Positions 51,570 to 60,098 of a stretch of 64,000 nucleotides of DNA are shown one piece after another; the stretch's first letter is position 1; every line of letters begins with the position of its first letter. The stretch is from the NCBI GenBank assembly GCA_050015375.1, contig JBEKBN010000006.1:454-64453 (forward strand). Reading direction: 5' to 3'. The translations under genes were made by a program, and so were the position numbers. The notes beneath the pieces were generated by a model. The model had not been told where the DNA came from. It did not search any database and was given only the letters and a program-made list of their open reading frames with translations. Source of the DNA: Minisyncoccia bacterium. Lineage in GTDB: Bacteria; Patescibacteriota; Minisyncoccia; 2-02-FULL-40-12; IGHO2-01-FULL-4-A.

Positions 51570-52085
51570 TTAAGAATCCTTCGAGATCAAGCTGGCCGTG
51601 AAATATCCGACGATGATCCCGATAAGCGCGCCGCCGAGAATATCAGAAGGATAATGGACGCCGGCCATGACTCTGGCGACGCCCATCACGATACTGCCAA
51701 CAAAGAACGCCGTTCCCCAGCGTTTGTTGTAATAAAATATTATCATTGAAAGCGCGAAGAAGAAACTGGCGTGGCCGGAGGGAAAAGAATTGCCGCTCTC
51801 GGAGACGAGCTGGTGAACCTGATAAATAGCGAATGGCCGGGGATGATGGTAAAAATATCGGATGACCGTGGTCAAAATCCCGCGGGAAATGAAAACCGAA
51901 ATAATTCCGGCCCAAAAAACTTTCCAGCGAGTCGCCAAGAAAGGTTTCAACCATAAAAAGACCAAAAATAAAATTCCCAAAAGATACGCCCAGTAGATGG
52001 CGAAAAAAACCGTGAGCCAACTCAAAAAACCCGGCGAGCCGACGAGATCGTTCAAAGCAAAAAATATTTTTGTATCCAGATTCAT
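51570..52085 (-). CDS. PAP2-family phosphatase (undecaprenyl-diphosphatase-like)
   Basis: PAP2 motifs PSGHASFFFAL and GVHYPSDILGGALIG. I placed the start at MNLDTKIFF (52085), not the track's 52118, which reads into the IR element. Confidence 0.75.
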   Translation of the reverse strand: MNLDTKIFFALNDLVGSPGFLSWLTVFFAIYWAYLLGILFLVFLWLKPFLATRWKVFWAGIISVFISRGILTTVIRYFYHHPRPFAIYQVHQLVSESGNSFPSGHASFFFALSMIIFYYNKRWGTAFFVGSIVMGVARVMAGVHYPSDILGGALIGIIVGYFTASLISKDS

Positions 52086-52197
52086 CCCGTTAGAAGTCAC
52101 TGTTTCACAGCTAATCACCTAATTTATACAACTAACGACAGCTGACTTAATTAAAGTATCTATGGTTGCAAACCCGCTAGGGTGACTTCTAACGGGA
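52085..52197. repeat. 113-bp inverted-repeat element, copy B (TCCCGTTAGAAGTCAC ... GTGACTTCTAACGGGA), abutting the PAP2 start codon
   Basis: Same length and terminal 16-bp IRs as copy A. About 40 bp at each end are conserved and the centre is divergent. Confidence 0.75.
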
Positions 52198-52207
52198 TTC
52201 ATTTTAT

Positions 52208-52663
52208 TTAACGGTTTTCGGCCTTGCTGGCGTAATAGTTCTCGATCAAGCCGGTGATGATTATCGCCAGAATTATCACGCCGACCACGAGCATGAAAAT
52301 ATCAAAAGTGTCGGGAAAAGCATAAACGCATAGGCGATTCAACGTCGTGCAGTTAAGCAAAAGTCCGATCTCATCGGCGAACAAACCGATGCCGGCGCCG
52401 ATAAAAATACTGGCCACCTCCAGCGGTCGTTTGTCCCGGCTAAGCACGCCCAGCACTCCACCGACGGAAAGAAAAAGCATACCGTAGAAAAAATGGTGGA
52501 TATGAAAGCCGTGAATATATATCACGCGGGTGACATACAAGGAATATAACCTTGCTCCAACAAAAAAGATCAAGAACGAAACCAGGATAACATTCAAAAG
52601 CCGTTTTTTTTCGTCCTTAAAATTGAAGATCCATCTGAAGGACCTGATGACCAAATTGGACAT
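52208..52663 (-). CDS. hypothetical membrane protein
   Basis: Four TM helices. No motif. Confidence 0.45.
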   Translation of the reverse strand: MSNLVIRSFRWIFNFKDEKKRLLNVILVSFLIFFVGARLYSLYVTRVIYIHGFHIHHFFYGMLFLSVGGVLGVLSRDKRPLEVASIFIGAGIGLFADEIGLLLNCTTLNRLCVYAFPDTFDIFMLVVGVIILAIIITGLIENYYASKAENR

Positions 52664-52701
52664 TTCTCAATTTTACGACAAAAAATGATTCTGCGCCAGT
52701 A

Positions 52702-52965
52702 TTAATTTTTCTTGTTGACCCAATTCCAAACGGCGGCGAACAACCAGCCCACGATATACCAGGCCACGAAAGCCATGATCATCAATCCCACGAACCGCAG
52801 AATGGTCACGCCTTTGATTACGAAAGGATTGGCCAAATAATGCATCCTAAAAACCAGATCCAAGCCCCATTTTCCCAAACCGATCAAAACCACGATCGTC
52901 CACAAAAAATGAACAATGACCCCGAAAACTCCCAACGCAAGACCAGTTTTATTTTGATTTAACAT
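52702..52965 (-). CDS. small hypothetical membrane protein
   Basis: Two or three TM helices. 87 aa. Confidence 0.4.
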   Translation of the reverse strand: MLNQNKTGLALGVFGVIVHFLWTIVVLIGLGKWGLDLVFRMHYLANPFVIKGVTILRFVGLMIMAFVAWYIVGWLFAAVWNWVNKKN

Positions 52966-52996
52966 TTAACACCCCCTTTCTATATATTTATTCTGC

Positions 52997-53067
52997 TGCG
53001 GGGCCTGGACTCGAACCAGGATCTTCAGATTCAGAGTCTGACGAGACTACCAATTGCTCAACCCCGC
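52997..53067 (-). tRNA. tRNA-Gln (anticodon CTG)
   Basis: Reverse complement has acceptor GCGGGGT/GCCCCGC, anticodon stem TCAGA/TCTGA with loop CTCTGAA, and T-arm CCTGG-TTCGAGT-CCAGG. Confidence 0.8.
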
Positions 53068-53166
53068 AATATTTGCATTATGCCTTAAAATTATTATTTT
53101 TTCAAATAAAATACCCCATGTTGTGCGTGTTAAGCGACAACATGGGGTCGTCTTTTTTCGGGCGTT

Positions 53167-55140
53167 TTATGTTGTTGGAGATTCCGACTTCAGAGCCGGA
53201 ACCTGTTTGGAGAACATTCCCGTCAAGGTAGCAGCCAAGCCGTCAAGAGAACCGCCACCGCCAGCCACAAGGATCTCGGGTACGATCTTGATGCCCTTGT
53301 CGGCCAAAACAGTGGCAATGTTGACAAGCATCGTGCCGGTCTGGCCGATAGCTTCATTTTGAGCCCTGAAGCCCTCGGCCTTGGCCACGCCCTGAGCTTT
53401 AATAACAGCGGCTTGGGCAAGACCAGTTTGTTCGACATACTTGGCCTCGCCTCGCCCTTCCTGTTCCCGAGCGTCGGCATTGTTTTTCTTGATGTCAATA
53501 CCAACCGCGGACTTAGCCAGGTCCTTTTGCATGTCAGCCTTGCCCGTTGCCTGTTCGGTCTCAATTCGCTGGTCCTGGGCGGTTCTTTGCATCTTGAATG
53601 TTGCCACCTGCTGATTGGCGATCTCCCGCTCAGTCAGAACTTTTACCAGTTCTTCGGGAAGCATGACATTCTGAATGTAGACGCCCTTTGTTTCAACCAT
53701 GTACACCTCAAGTTGCCTTGAGATGTGATCAGTTGCTTCCTCCTGAACTTTCTGCCTTGTCTCGATGAAAGTGACGGCTGGCATTCCGCCGAGTTTGTCT
53801 CGGAAGAGATTACCCACGGCTGCCTGAAGAACCTCGTTGACGAGATTCAGCATACTCCCAACCATGGAAATCACATAGGGTGCTTTTGTATCCGGGACAT
53901 GGATCAAAACCTGGAGATCAATGGTGAACACAAACCCCTCACAGCTCTTGGCCACAATAGGACTGAGCTTTTCGTCAAGTTTGTGGGCACCAGTAACACC
54001 TTCCGACCAGTCAAGCTTGAGAATGGCCGTGGGAACTACCTCGGCCTGGTAGATTCGCGGGTTAATGGGATACTTGCCGGTACGAAGCGGCTCTTCCCAA
54101 ATTCCGCGATGGCCGGGCTTGACCAGCGAGCCAAACTTGAATTCGGTGCCAGAAGTGTCTTCGGTGGGCAGGCCGACGTATGCCTTAATCACCGCCACCT
54201 GACCTTGTTCCACGACGAGCATAGGAACTTTCTCGACGCGAACAAGGAACGGGTTGAGGTTGTAGGCGCCATAGAGCAGTGGATCATGCTGGAGTCCGAT
54301 TTTGCCGCCTTTATCCAGGAAGGTCTGGAAATCCTGGTAGCTATTATGCGCGACATTCTTGCTACCAAGGATCGTCTCAATTAATTTGGCGTTTGTCGCG
54401 CCGCTTGATTCGAGCCCTTTGACATCATTGAACCCATCGAGACGACTGGCAATGTCACCTTCCGAGAGTGATTCTCCTTCAAGGGCAATGACAACACCGA
54501 CCATGTCAATGACATGTCCACCTTCCGTGGCTTTTGGTTCAATCCGAGTCACATCGAGACAGTCCACGTTGTCTTTCAGTTGATCCCATGCCTTGAAGGT
54601 GAGTTCTCCGTCCTTTGCAAGACGCCGAAGCTCTTCAGAAACTGGGACGCCGAAAACTTGCAGTTTGGTAATGACCAAAAAGGCCACAGGATGGATCGGA
54701 GCCAGAGTTCCCGGAGAAAGCACTGGCCGCTGGACACCCTTCTGGCCATCTTTAGTGATGAAGATGTCCAGGTCCGTGAAATTACCGAATTCAGATTTGT
54801 AAACCGCGGACTTGACACCCATTGGCGTTGGCTTGCCAACCTGGGCGATCACCACACCGATCTGACCGGCCGGAACTTGAACCCAAGGATGTTTGGTTAC
54901 AGCGTATAGAAAACAAAGCTTGAATCGGAGACCAGGCATCAACAATTCAGCCTGATATCCTGCCTCTTTGTGAAAAGCGATCGGATTGTCACCAGGCAGT
55001 TTTTTGCCGAAACGTTTTCTCACCAATCCGACCTGCGTGGGTCCGATTGAGTAGATTGAGCAGAAAACGACTAGAAGCACAACAAGTCCAAGAAAGGCTA
55101 AAAGCCCTCCAAGAACGAAAGCATCGAGATTAGGTGCCAT
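53167..55140 (-). CDS. flotillin-family (SPFH/band 7) membrane protein
   Basis: N-terminal TM, an SPFH domain and a long Ala/Glu-rich coiled-coil (flotillin EA repeats). 657 aa. Confidence 0.8.
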   Translation of the reverse strand: MAPNLDAFVLGGLLAFLGLVVLLVVFCSIYSIGPTQVGLVRKRFGKKLPGDNPIAFHKEAGYQAELLMPGLRFKLCFLYAVTKHPWVQVPAGQIGVVIAQVGKPTPMGVKSAVYKSEFGNFTDLDIFITKDGQKGVQRPVLSPGTLAPIHPVAFLVITKLQVFGVPVSEELRRLAKDGELTFKAWDQLKDNVDCLDVTRIEPKATEGGHVIDMVGVVIALEGESLSEGDIASRLDGFNDVKGLESSGATNAKLIETILGSKNVAHNSYQDFQTFLDKGGKIGLQHDPLLYGAYNLNPFLVRVEKVPMLVVEQGQVAVIKAYVGLPTEDTSGTEFKFGSLVKPGHRGIWEEPLRTGKYPINPRIYQAEVVPTAILKLDWSEGVTGAHKLDEKLSPIVAKSCEGFVFTIDLQVLIHVPDTKAPYVISMVGSMLNLVNEVLQAAVGNLFRDKLGGMPAVTFIETRQKVQEEATDHISRQLEVYMVETKGVYIQNVMLPEELVKVLTEREIANQQVATFKMQRTAQDQRIETEQATGKADMQKDLAKSAVGIDIKKNNADAREQEGRGEAKYVEQTGLAQAAVIKAQGVAKAEGFRAQNEAIGQTGTMLVNIATVLADKGIKIVPEILVAGGGGSLDGLAATLTGMFSKQVPALKSESPTT

Positions 55141-55256
55141 AATTTTACCTCCTTTTACGTGTTTTTAAACATCAAAAAACACTAGTTAGACCATCCAACC
55201 AGTGTTCATTTATAATATACCAATAAGGTAAAGGATGTCAATAGCCACTAACTTTC

Positions 55257-56543
55257 ATGACCGTTTCTGATATAATTAAACAAATGGAGGAAAAAGAAAA
55301 TGAATTGAAATTCCCCAACGGGTTTTTGTGGGGGACGGCCACGTCAAGCTATCAGATAGAAGGTGGAATAAATAATTGCGACTGGGCCCAAGCGAATCGC
55401 GGTCCCTCGACAAGTTCAGGACATCAGATTCCTGATGCTGGGCGCGCTTGCGATAGTTACAATAAATACGAGGAGGATTTTGATATTGCCAAATCGCTTG
55501 GCCAGAACGCCCACCGTTTCTCTATAGAATGGGCGCGGATCGAGCCGGAAGAGGGAAAATTCGACGAGAAAGAAATCGAGCATTATAAAAAAGTGCTGGA
55601 CGCCTTGCGAACTCGCCCCCACACTCAAGATTTGAGTGTGGGGGGAACGGGATTGGAACCATTCGTGACCCTTTGGCATTTCACGCTTCCGGTTTGGTTC
55701 GCGAAAATGGGCGGTTTCGAAAATCCGAAATCACCGGAAATATTTTCCCGATATTGCGAATTTGTCGTTGGCAAAATGGGGGATAGAGTTCACCCTGTTA
55801 AATCCGGCGAAGCCGGTGCCGCGGAGCGGCAATTTAACAGGGTAAAATTCTGGGTAACTATAAACGAACCGATGGTTTATGCCTCGAATGGTTACCGAAA
55901 AGGTCAATGGCCGCCGTTTGAAAAAAATATTTTCAGGTTCATGAAGGTTATCAAAAATCTAATCATGTCGCACAATCTAGCATATGACAAAATCAAGAAC
56001 ATTGATCCTTCGGCTCAGATCGGCATCGCTAAAAATAATATAAATTTTGAGGCAAATTGGAACCCAATCAATCGCCTCTTGTCAAGCTTTCTGAATTTTT
56101 TCTGGAATCGCAGATTTTTGAATAAAATTTCACAGGATTTCATCGGTTTGAATTATTATTTCCACAAAAAGTTCGGGGATAGGGCGAAGTATCCGAAATC
56201 CGACATGGGTTGGGATATTTATCCGAAAGGAATTTATAATTTGCTGATGGAACTGAAAAAATATGGTAAACCGGTTTACATCACCGAAAACGGATTGGCG
56301 GACAAAGAAGACAAACAACGCGCCGATTTCATCCGTGAACATTTGAAATGGGTTTCGAGAGCGATCCGGGATGGCTCTGACTGCCGCGGATATTTTTATT
56401 GGTCGCTTCTGGATAATTTTGAGTGGGCGGAGGGTTACAAACAAAAATTCGGTTTGGTGGAAATTAATTTTGAAACAATGGAAAGAAAGATCAGGAATTC
56501 AGCGTGGGAATTTGCAAAAATTTGTAAAAATAACGAAATATGA
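55257..56543 (+). CDS. glycoside hydrolase family 1 (beta-glucosidase-like) carrying two in-frame palindromic insertions
   Basis: FLWGTATSSYQIEGG, TINEP (acid/base) and ITENGLA (nucleophile). Carries insertions RTRPHTQDLSVGG and HPVKSGEAGAAERQFNRV relative to canonical GH1. Confidence 0.88.
   Translation: MTVSDIIKQMEEKENELKFPNGFLWGTATSSYQIEGGINNCDWAQANRGPSTSSGHQIPDAGRACDSYNKYEEDFDIAKSLGQNAHRFSIEWARIEPEEGKFDEKEIEHYKKVLDALRTRPHTQDLSVGGTGLEPFVTLWHFTLPVWFAKMGGFENPKSPEIFSRYCEFVVGKMGDRVHPVKSGEAGAAERQFNRVKFWVTINEPMVYASNGYRKGQWPPFEKNIFRFMKVIKNLIMSHNLAYDKIKNIDPSAQIGIAKNNINFEANWNPINRLLSSFLNFFWNRRFLNKISQDFIGLNYYFHKKFGDRAKYPKSDMGWDIYPKGIYNLLMELKKYGKPVYITENGLADKEDKQRADFIREHLKWVSRAIRDGSDCRGYFYWSLLDNFEWAEGYKQKFGLVEINFETMERKIRNSAWEFAKICKNNEI
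55616..55644. repeat. palindromic element CCCCCACACTCA-AGATT-TGAGTGTGGGGG (copy 3), in frame in GH1
   Basis: Perfect 12-bp arms. Encodes RPHTQDLSVGG, inserted before the conserved GxEPFVTLxHxxLP block. Confidence 0.75.
55793..55842. repeat. second, distinct GC-rich palindromic insertion (CCCTGTTAAAT-28 nt-ATTTAACAGGG), in frame in GH1
   Basis: 11-bp perfect arms. The loop itself holds two hairpins (CCGGC-GAA-GCCGG and GCCGC-GGA-GCGGC). Encodes about 16 extra residues between GDRV and KFWVTINEP. Confidence 0.65.
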
Positions 56544-57427
56544 TCTGGATCCTTCTGGCAATTCTGTCCCAATTCATCTCCGCCGGCGTTTACATGGCCG
56601 ACAAGTATCTTGTTGGACCCAAAGCCATCGGCCGGCCGGTGGTTTACGCCATCTATGTCTGCTTGCTTTCGGGTTTCGTTTTGGTTTTATTGCCTTTTGG
56701 CGTGGTTTTGCCGCTGACCTGGCCGCTAATTGCGCTTTGTCTGGGGATCACGGTTGCTTTCACGACTTCCCTATTATTTCTTTATTCCGCTCTTAAAACT
56801 TCTGATGTTTCGGATGTGGCGCCGGTCATGGGCGCGATCTCGGCCGTGGCCACATTGGCTTTCGGACTGTATTTTTTGGATTCAATGCTGCCCAGATTAT
56901 TTTTCATCGGCTTTCCGCTTTTGATATTCGGGACTTTTCTGATGTCGCGTTTTCGGTTTAATAAGAAATCCTCCTTTTATGTTATCGCCGCCGGAATTCT
57001 TTTCGGACTTTCATCGATTTTAATAAAAATATTGTTCGGAGAAACCTCATTTCTTAACGCGTTTTTCTGGTCGCGGATGACGAATGTTTTCGGCGCGATA
57101 ATTTTACTTTTGTGGCCGGCGAATTTCAAAGCCGTGTTCAGCAATGTCAAAAGTTCGACCGGCGGAACGAAAATTTTGGTCGTCGGCAACAAAACGCTGG
57201 CCGGTATCGCCTATCTCTTATCGCTGGTGGCAATAAAACTCGGCAATGTTACCGTCGTCAACTCATTGGCCGGTTTTGAATTCGTTTTTATTTTGCTTCT
57301 GGCTTTTATTTTCACTTATAAATTTCCGAAATATTTTCAAGAGGCCGTTCACAACAAAAACGACCGGCTGAAAAAGATCTGGGCTTCGGGTTTGATAATA
57401 ATCGGGTTCGTGATCATGTTCCTATGA
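56540..57427 (+). CDS. hypothetical polytopic membrane protein (about 10 TM)
   Basis: 295 aa and strongly hydrophobic. No motif. Confidence 0.5.
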   Translation: MIWILLAILSQFISAGVYMADKYLVGPKAIGRPVVYAIYVCLLSGFVLVLLPFGVVLPLTWPLIALCLGITVAFTTSLLFLYSALKTSDVSDVAPVMGAISAVATLAFGLYFLDSMLPRLFFIGFPLLIFGTFLMSRFRFNKKSSFYVIAAGILFGLSSILIKILFGETSFLNAFFWSRMTNVFGAIILLLWPANFKAVFSNVKSSTGGTKILVVGNKTLAGIAYLLSLVAIKLGNVTVVNSLAGFEFVFILLLAFIFTYKFPKYFQEAVHNKNDRLKKIWASGLIIIGFVIMFL

Positions 57428-58509
57428 AGAAGCACAAAAAATATTTTTCAATTCCCATTATCCTTTTCTTGATCCTTTTGGTTTTAACCTTGGCTTGGAA
57501 TTTGCTTTCCATCAGGCCGGTTCCCGAAAAAGTAAATTACGGCGTTTCGTTCAGCGTTTTTCATTCCAACGAACTCAATCTGGATTGGAAAAAAACATAT
57601 TTGGCGATCTTAGACGATCTTAAGGTCAGGAACTTGCGGCTTACCGCTCATTGGCCGCTGACCGAGCCGGCCGACGGCAAATACGATTTCTCAGAATTGG
57701 ATTTTCAGATAAACGAAGCCGATAAACGCGGCGCGACCTATATTCTGGCCGTCGGCCGGCGCCTGCCCGGCTGGCCGGAATGCCATGTGCCGGATTGGGT
57801 TATGAATCAAGAATCACAAATCACGAATCAAGGTGAAAAAACTGATTTTGAGAACCAAAAGTTATTGGAATATATTCAGACGACCGTTGAGCGTTACAAA
57901 AATTCCCCCGGTCTGAAATATTGGCAAGTCGAGAATGAACCGTTCCTAGGATTTTTCGGCCGTTCGAGCTGCCAATTGACCGACGAGAATTTTTTCAAAC
58001 AGGAGATCGCTCTTGTCCATAAACTCGATCCGACCCATCCGGTTCTGGCGACCGACAGCGGCGAGTTCGGCTATTGGTATCAGGCCTACCGCGACGGTGA
58101 TGTTTTCGGCACCTCCTTGTATCTGTATGTTTGGTGGCGGGCGCTTGGCATCGGCCCCTTGCGTTATCCCATCGGGCCGTCGTTTTTCCGAGTGAAGCAA
58201 AATGTGGTTGATTTTATCGGTTGTGTCTTGGGCGATTCACCCTCACACTCAATTTTTGAGTGTGAGGGCAAGCCGACAATTCTCATTGAACTGGAAGCCG
58301 AGCCCTGGCTTTTAACACCGATCGTTGACGCGCCGATGGCGACTCTCCTTGACCGGATGGGGATTGATAAATTCGAAACCATGATCCAAACCGCCAAAGA
58401 AGCCGGTTTTGGCGACCAATATCTCTGGGGCGCCGAGTGGTGGTATTGGATGGAACAAAATGGCCATCCGGAATTTTGGCAGGCGGCGAAGCAACTTTTT
58501 AACCAATAA
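57424..58509 (+). CDS. glycoside hydrolase, clan GH-A (GH5/GH113-like)
   Basis: Signal/TM N-terminus, then YWQVENEPF (acid/base NEP) and LIELEAEPW (nucleophile Glu). The family is not resolved. Confidence 0.55.
   Translation: MKKHKKYFSIPIILFLILLVLTLAWNLLSIRPVPEKVNYGVSFSVFHSNELNLDWKKTYLAILDDLKVRNLRLTAHWPLTEPADGKYDFSELDFQINEADKRGATYILAVGRRLPGWPECHVPDWVMNQESQITNQGEKTDFENQKLLEYIQTTVERYKNSPGLKYWQVENEPFLGFFGRSSCQLTDENFFKQEIALVHKLDPTHPVLATDSGEFGYWYQAYRDGDVFGTSLYLYVWWRALGIGPLRYPIGPSFFRVKQNVVDFIGCVLGDSPSHSIFECEGKPTILIELEAEPWLLTPIVDAPMATLLDRMGIDKFETMIQTAKEAGFGDQYLWGAEWWYWMEQNGHPEFWQAAKQLFNQ
58240..58268. repeat. palindromic element variant CCCTCACACTCA-ATTTT-TGAGTGTGAGGG (copy 4), in frame in the GH-A hydrolase gene
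   Basis: Both arms carry a compensatory change (C to T paired with G to A), so pairing is preserved. Encodes SPSHSIFECEGKP. Confidence 0.75.
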
Positions 58510-58607
58510 TCCGTAATGTATATTAGGGGTCTTTAAACTTGCAAAAACATTTAAATATTTTCCGCTAAAGGTAGATTTGCCCGCGGCGGAAAAAATATAA
58601 ACATGAA

Positions 58608-58685
58608 TCCCGTTAGAGAGCGTGATTTAATTCAACATTTTAGACCGGTTGAATTACACGATTTTAACGGGACTCTCTAACGGGA
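58608..58685. repeat. 78-bp inverted-repeat element, copy C (TCCCGTTAGAGAG ... CTCTCTAACGGGA), abutting the htrA ATG
   Basis: 13-bp terminal IRs related to copies A and B, with an internal TTTTAACGGG half-site. Ends ...TCTAACGGG ATG. Confidence 0.7.
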
Positions 58686-59956
58686 TGAATAAAAAAGAAA
58701 TTTCCAGGTTTTTCAGAAGACATTTTATGCTGACCACGATCGTGGCTTGTCTGATCGTCTCGGCACTGGCCGGCGGAATCGTCGGCTATTACAGCGTCGA
58801 GGGCGCGCTTGGCCAGAAACCGGCTTTGCCGAATTTTGTCAAGCAACTGATCAATCCTCAAGCCGGCAATTCAACACCCGCTTTTACCAACGAACAATCT
58901 CAGGTCATCAGCGTCGTCAAAAGCGCCTCACCGGCGGTGGTCAGTATCGTGGCTTCAAAAGATCTGACCACGGTTGAGCAGAACGGCTACAATCCGTTCC
59001 AGGATTTTTGCAGCGATCCGTTCTTCAAACAATTTTTCGGCGACCAGTGCGATTCGGCAACGCCGGCGCCGAAATCCACGACCCAGAAACAACAAGTCGC
59101 GGCCGGCACCGGATTTTTGATAACTTCCGACGGTTTGATCCTGACCAACAAGCATGTCGTTGACATTTCGGGCGCCGATTTCACGGCCATCACCAGCGAC
59201 GGCAAAAGTTATCCGGCCAAGATCTTGGCCACCGATCCGGTTTTGGATGTGGCCTTGGTCAAAATTTCCGGGACTAATTTCCCAACCTTGCCTTTGGCCG
59301 ATTCGAGCCAAATTCAGATCGGTCAGACGGTCATCGCCATCGGCAACGCTTTGGGCCAATTCTCGAACACGGTTTCAAAAGGCGTAATTTCCGGCCTTTC
59401 CCGTTCGATTACCGCCGGAGACAATGCCGGTTCTTCGGAAACGCTAAACTCCGTTATCCAAACCGATGCCGCCATCAACCCGGGTAATTCCGGCGGACCG
59501 CTTTTGGATCTGAGCGGCAATGTCATTGGCATCAACACCGCCATTGCCCAAGGCGCCCAAAATATCGGTTTTGCCATTCCTATCAATCAAGCCAAAAAGG
59601 ATATCGGCCAGGTTAAAACCAGTGGCAAGATCAGCACCGCATACCTTGGCATTCGCTACATCGCCATTGACGACACGGTCAAACAGGAAAATAATCTGAC
59701 GGTGAATTACGGCGCGCTGGTAGTCAGAGGCGACACTCAGGATCAGGTGGCGGTCATGCCCGGCTCGCCGGCCGATATCGCCGGCATCAAAGAGAACGAC
59801 ATTATTCTCGAGGTTAACGGAACCAAAATAGACCAGAACAACGACCTGGCGACATTGCTTCAAAAATACAATGTCGGCCAAACGATCCAGCTGAAAGTTT
59901 TAAGCCAAGGAAAAGAAAAAACCGTTTCGGTGAAACTGGTGGAGAGACCTCAATGA
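58685..59956 (+). CDS. htrA: HtrA/DegP-family serine protease with a PDZ domain
   Basis: Trypsin-like core (TNKHVV...D...GNSGGPLLDLSGNVIGINTA) plus a C-terminal PDZ. I placed the start at the ATG at 58685, not the track's 58649, which is inside the IR element. Confidence 0.85.
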   Translation: MNKKEISRFFRRHFMLTTIVACLIVSALAGGIVGYYSVEGALGQKPALPNFVKQLINPQAGNSTPAFTNEQSQVISVVKSASPAVVSIVASKDLTTVEQNGYNPFQDFCSDPFFKQFFGDQCDSATPAPKSTTQKQQVAAGTGFLITSDGLILTNKHVVDISGADFTAITSDGKSYPAKILATDPVLDVALVKISGTNFPTLPLADSSQIQIGQTVIAIGNALGQFSNTVSKGVISGLSRSITAGDNAGSSETLNSVIQTDAAINPGNSGGPLLDLSGNVIGINTAIAQGAQNIGFAIPINQAKKDIGQVKTSGKISTAYLGIRYIAIDDTVKQENNLTVNYGALVVRGDTQDQVAVMPGSPADIAGIKENDIILEVNGTKIDQNNDLATLLQKYNVGQTIQLKVLSQGKEKTVSVKLVERPQ

Positions 59957-59963
59957 TCCATCG

Positions 59964-60001
59964 AAGAGCGGCCCGCTCGCGAGCGAGCGGGCCGCTCTTC
60001 A
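59964..60001 (+). terminator. GC-rich 17-bp perfect stem-loop after htrA (no U-tract)
   Basis: GAAGAGCGGCCCGCTCG-CGAG-CGAGCGGGCCGCTCTTC. Probably a transcript-end or processing structure. Confidence 0.4.
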
Positions 60002-60020
60002 TAACAGTATGTTGCTTTAA

Positions 60021-60049
60021 CCCCCACACTCATGCATGAGAACGGGGGC
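60021..60049. repeat. degenerate intergenic copy (copy 5) of the CCCCCACACTCA palindromic element
   Basis: CCCCCACACTCATGCATGAGAACGGGGG has a left arm identical to the family and a decayed right arm. Confidence 0.5.
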
Positions 60050-60098
60050 CAACAATTTTTTTGTTGAATAAATACTTTATTTGTTGTAGAAATGGGGA

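Noticed and set aside
53359-54384. Plus-strand ORFs (120 and 219 aa) opposite the flotillin gene
   Set aside because: Antisense to a 657-aa SPFH/flotillin ORF with clear domain structure. No motifs.
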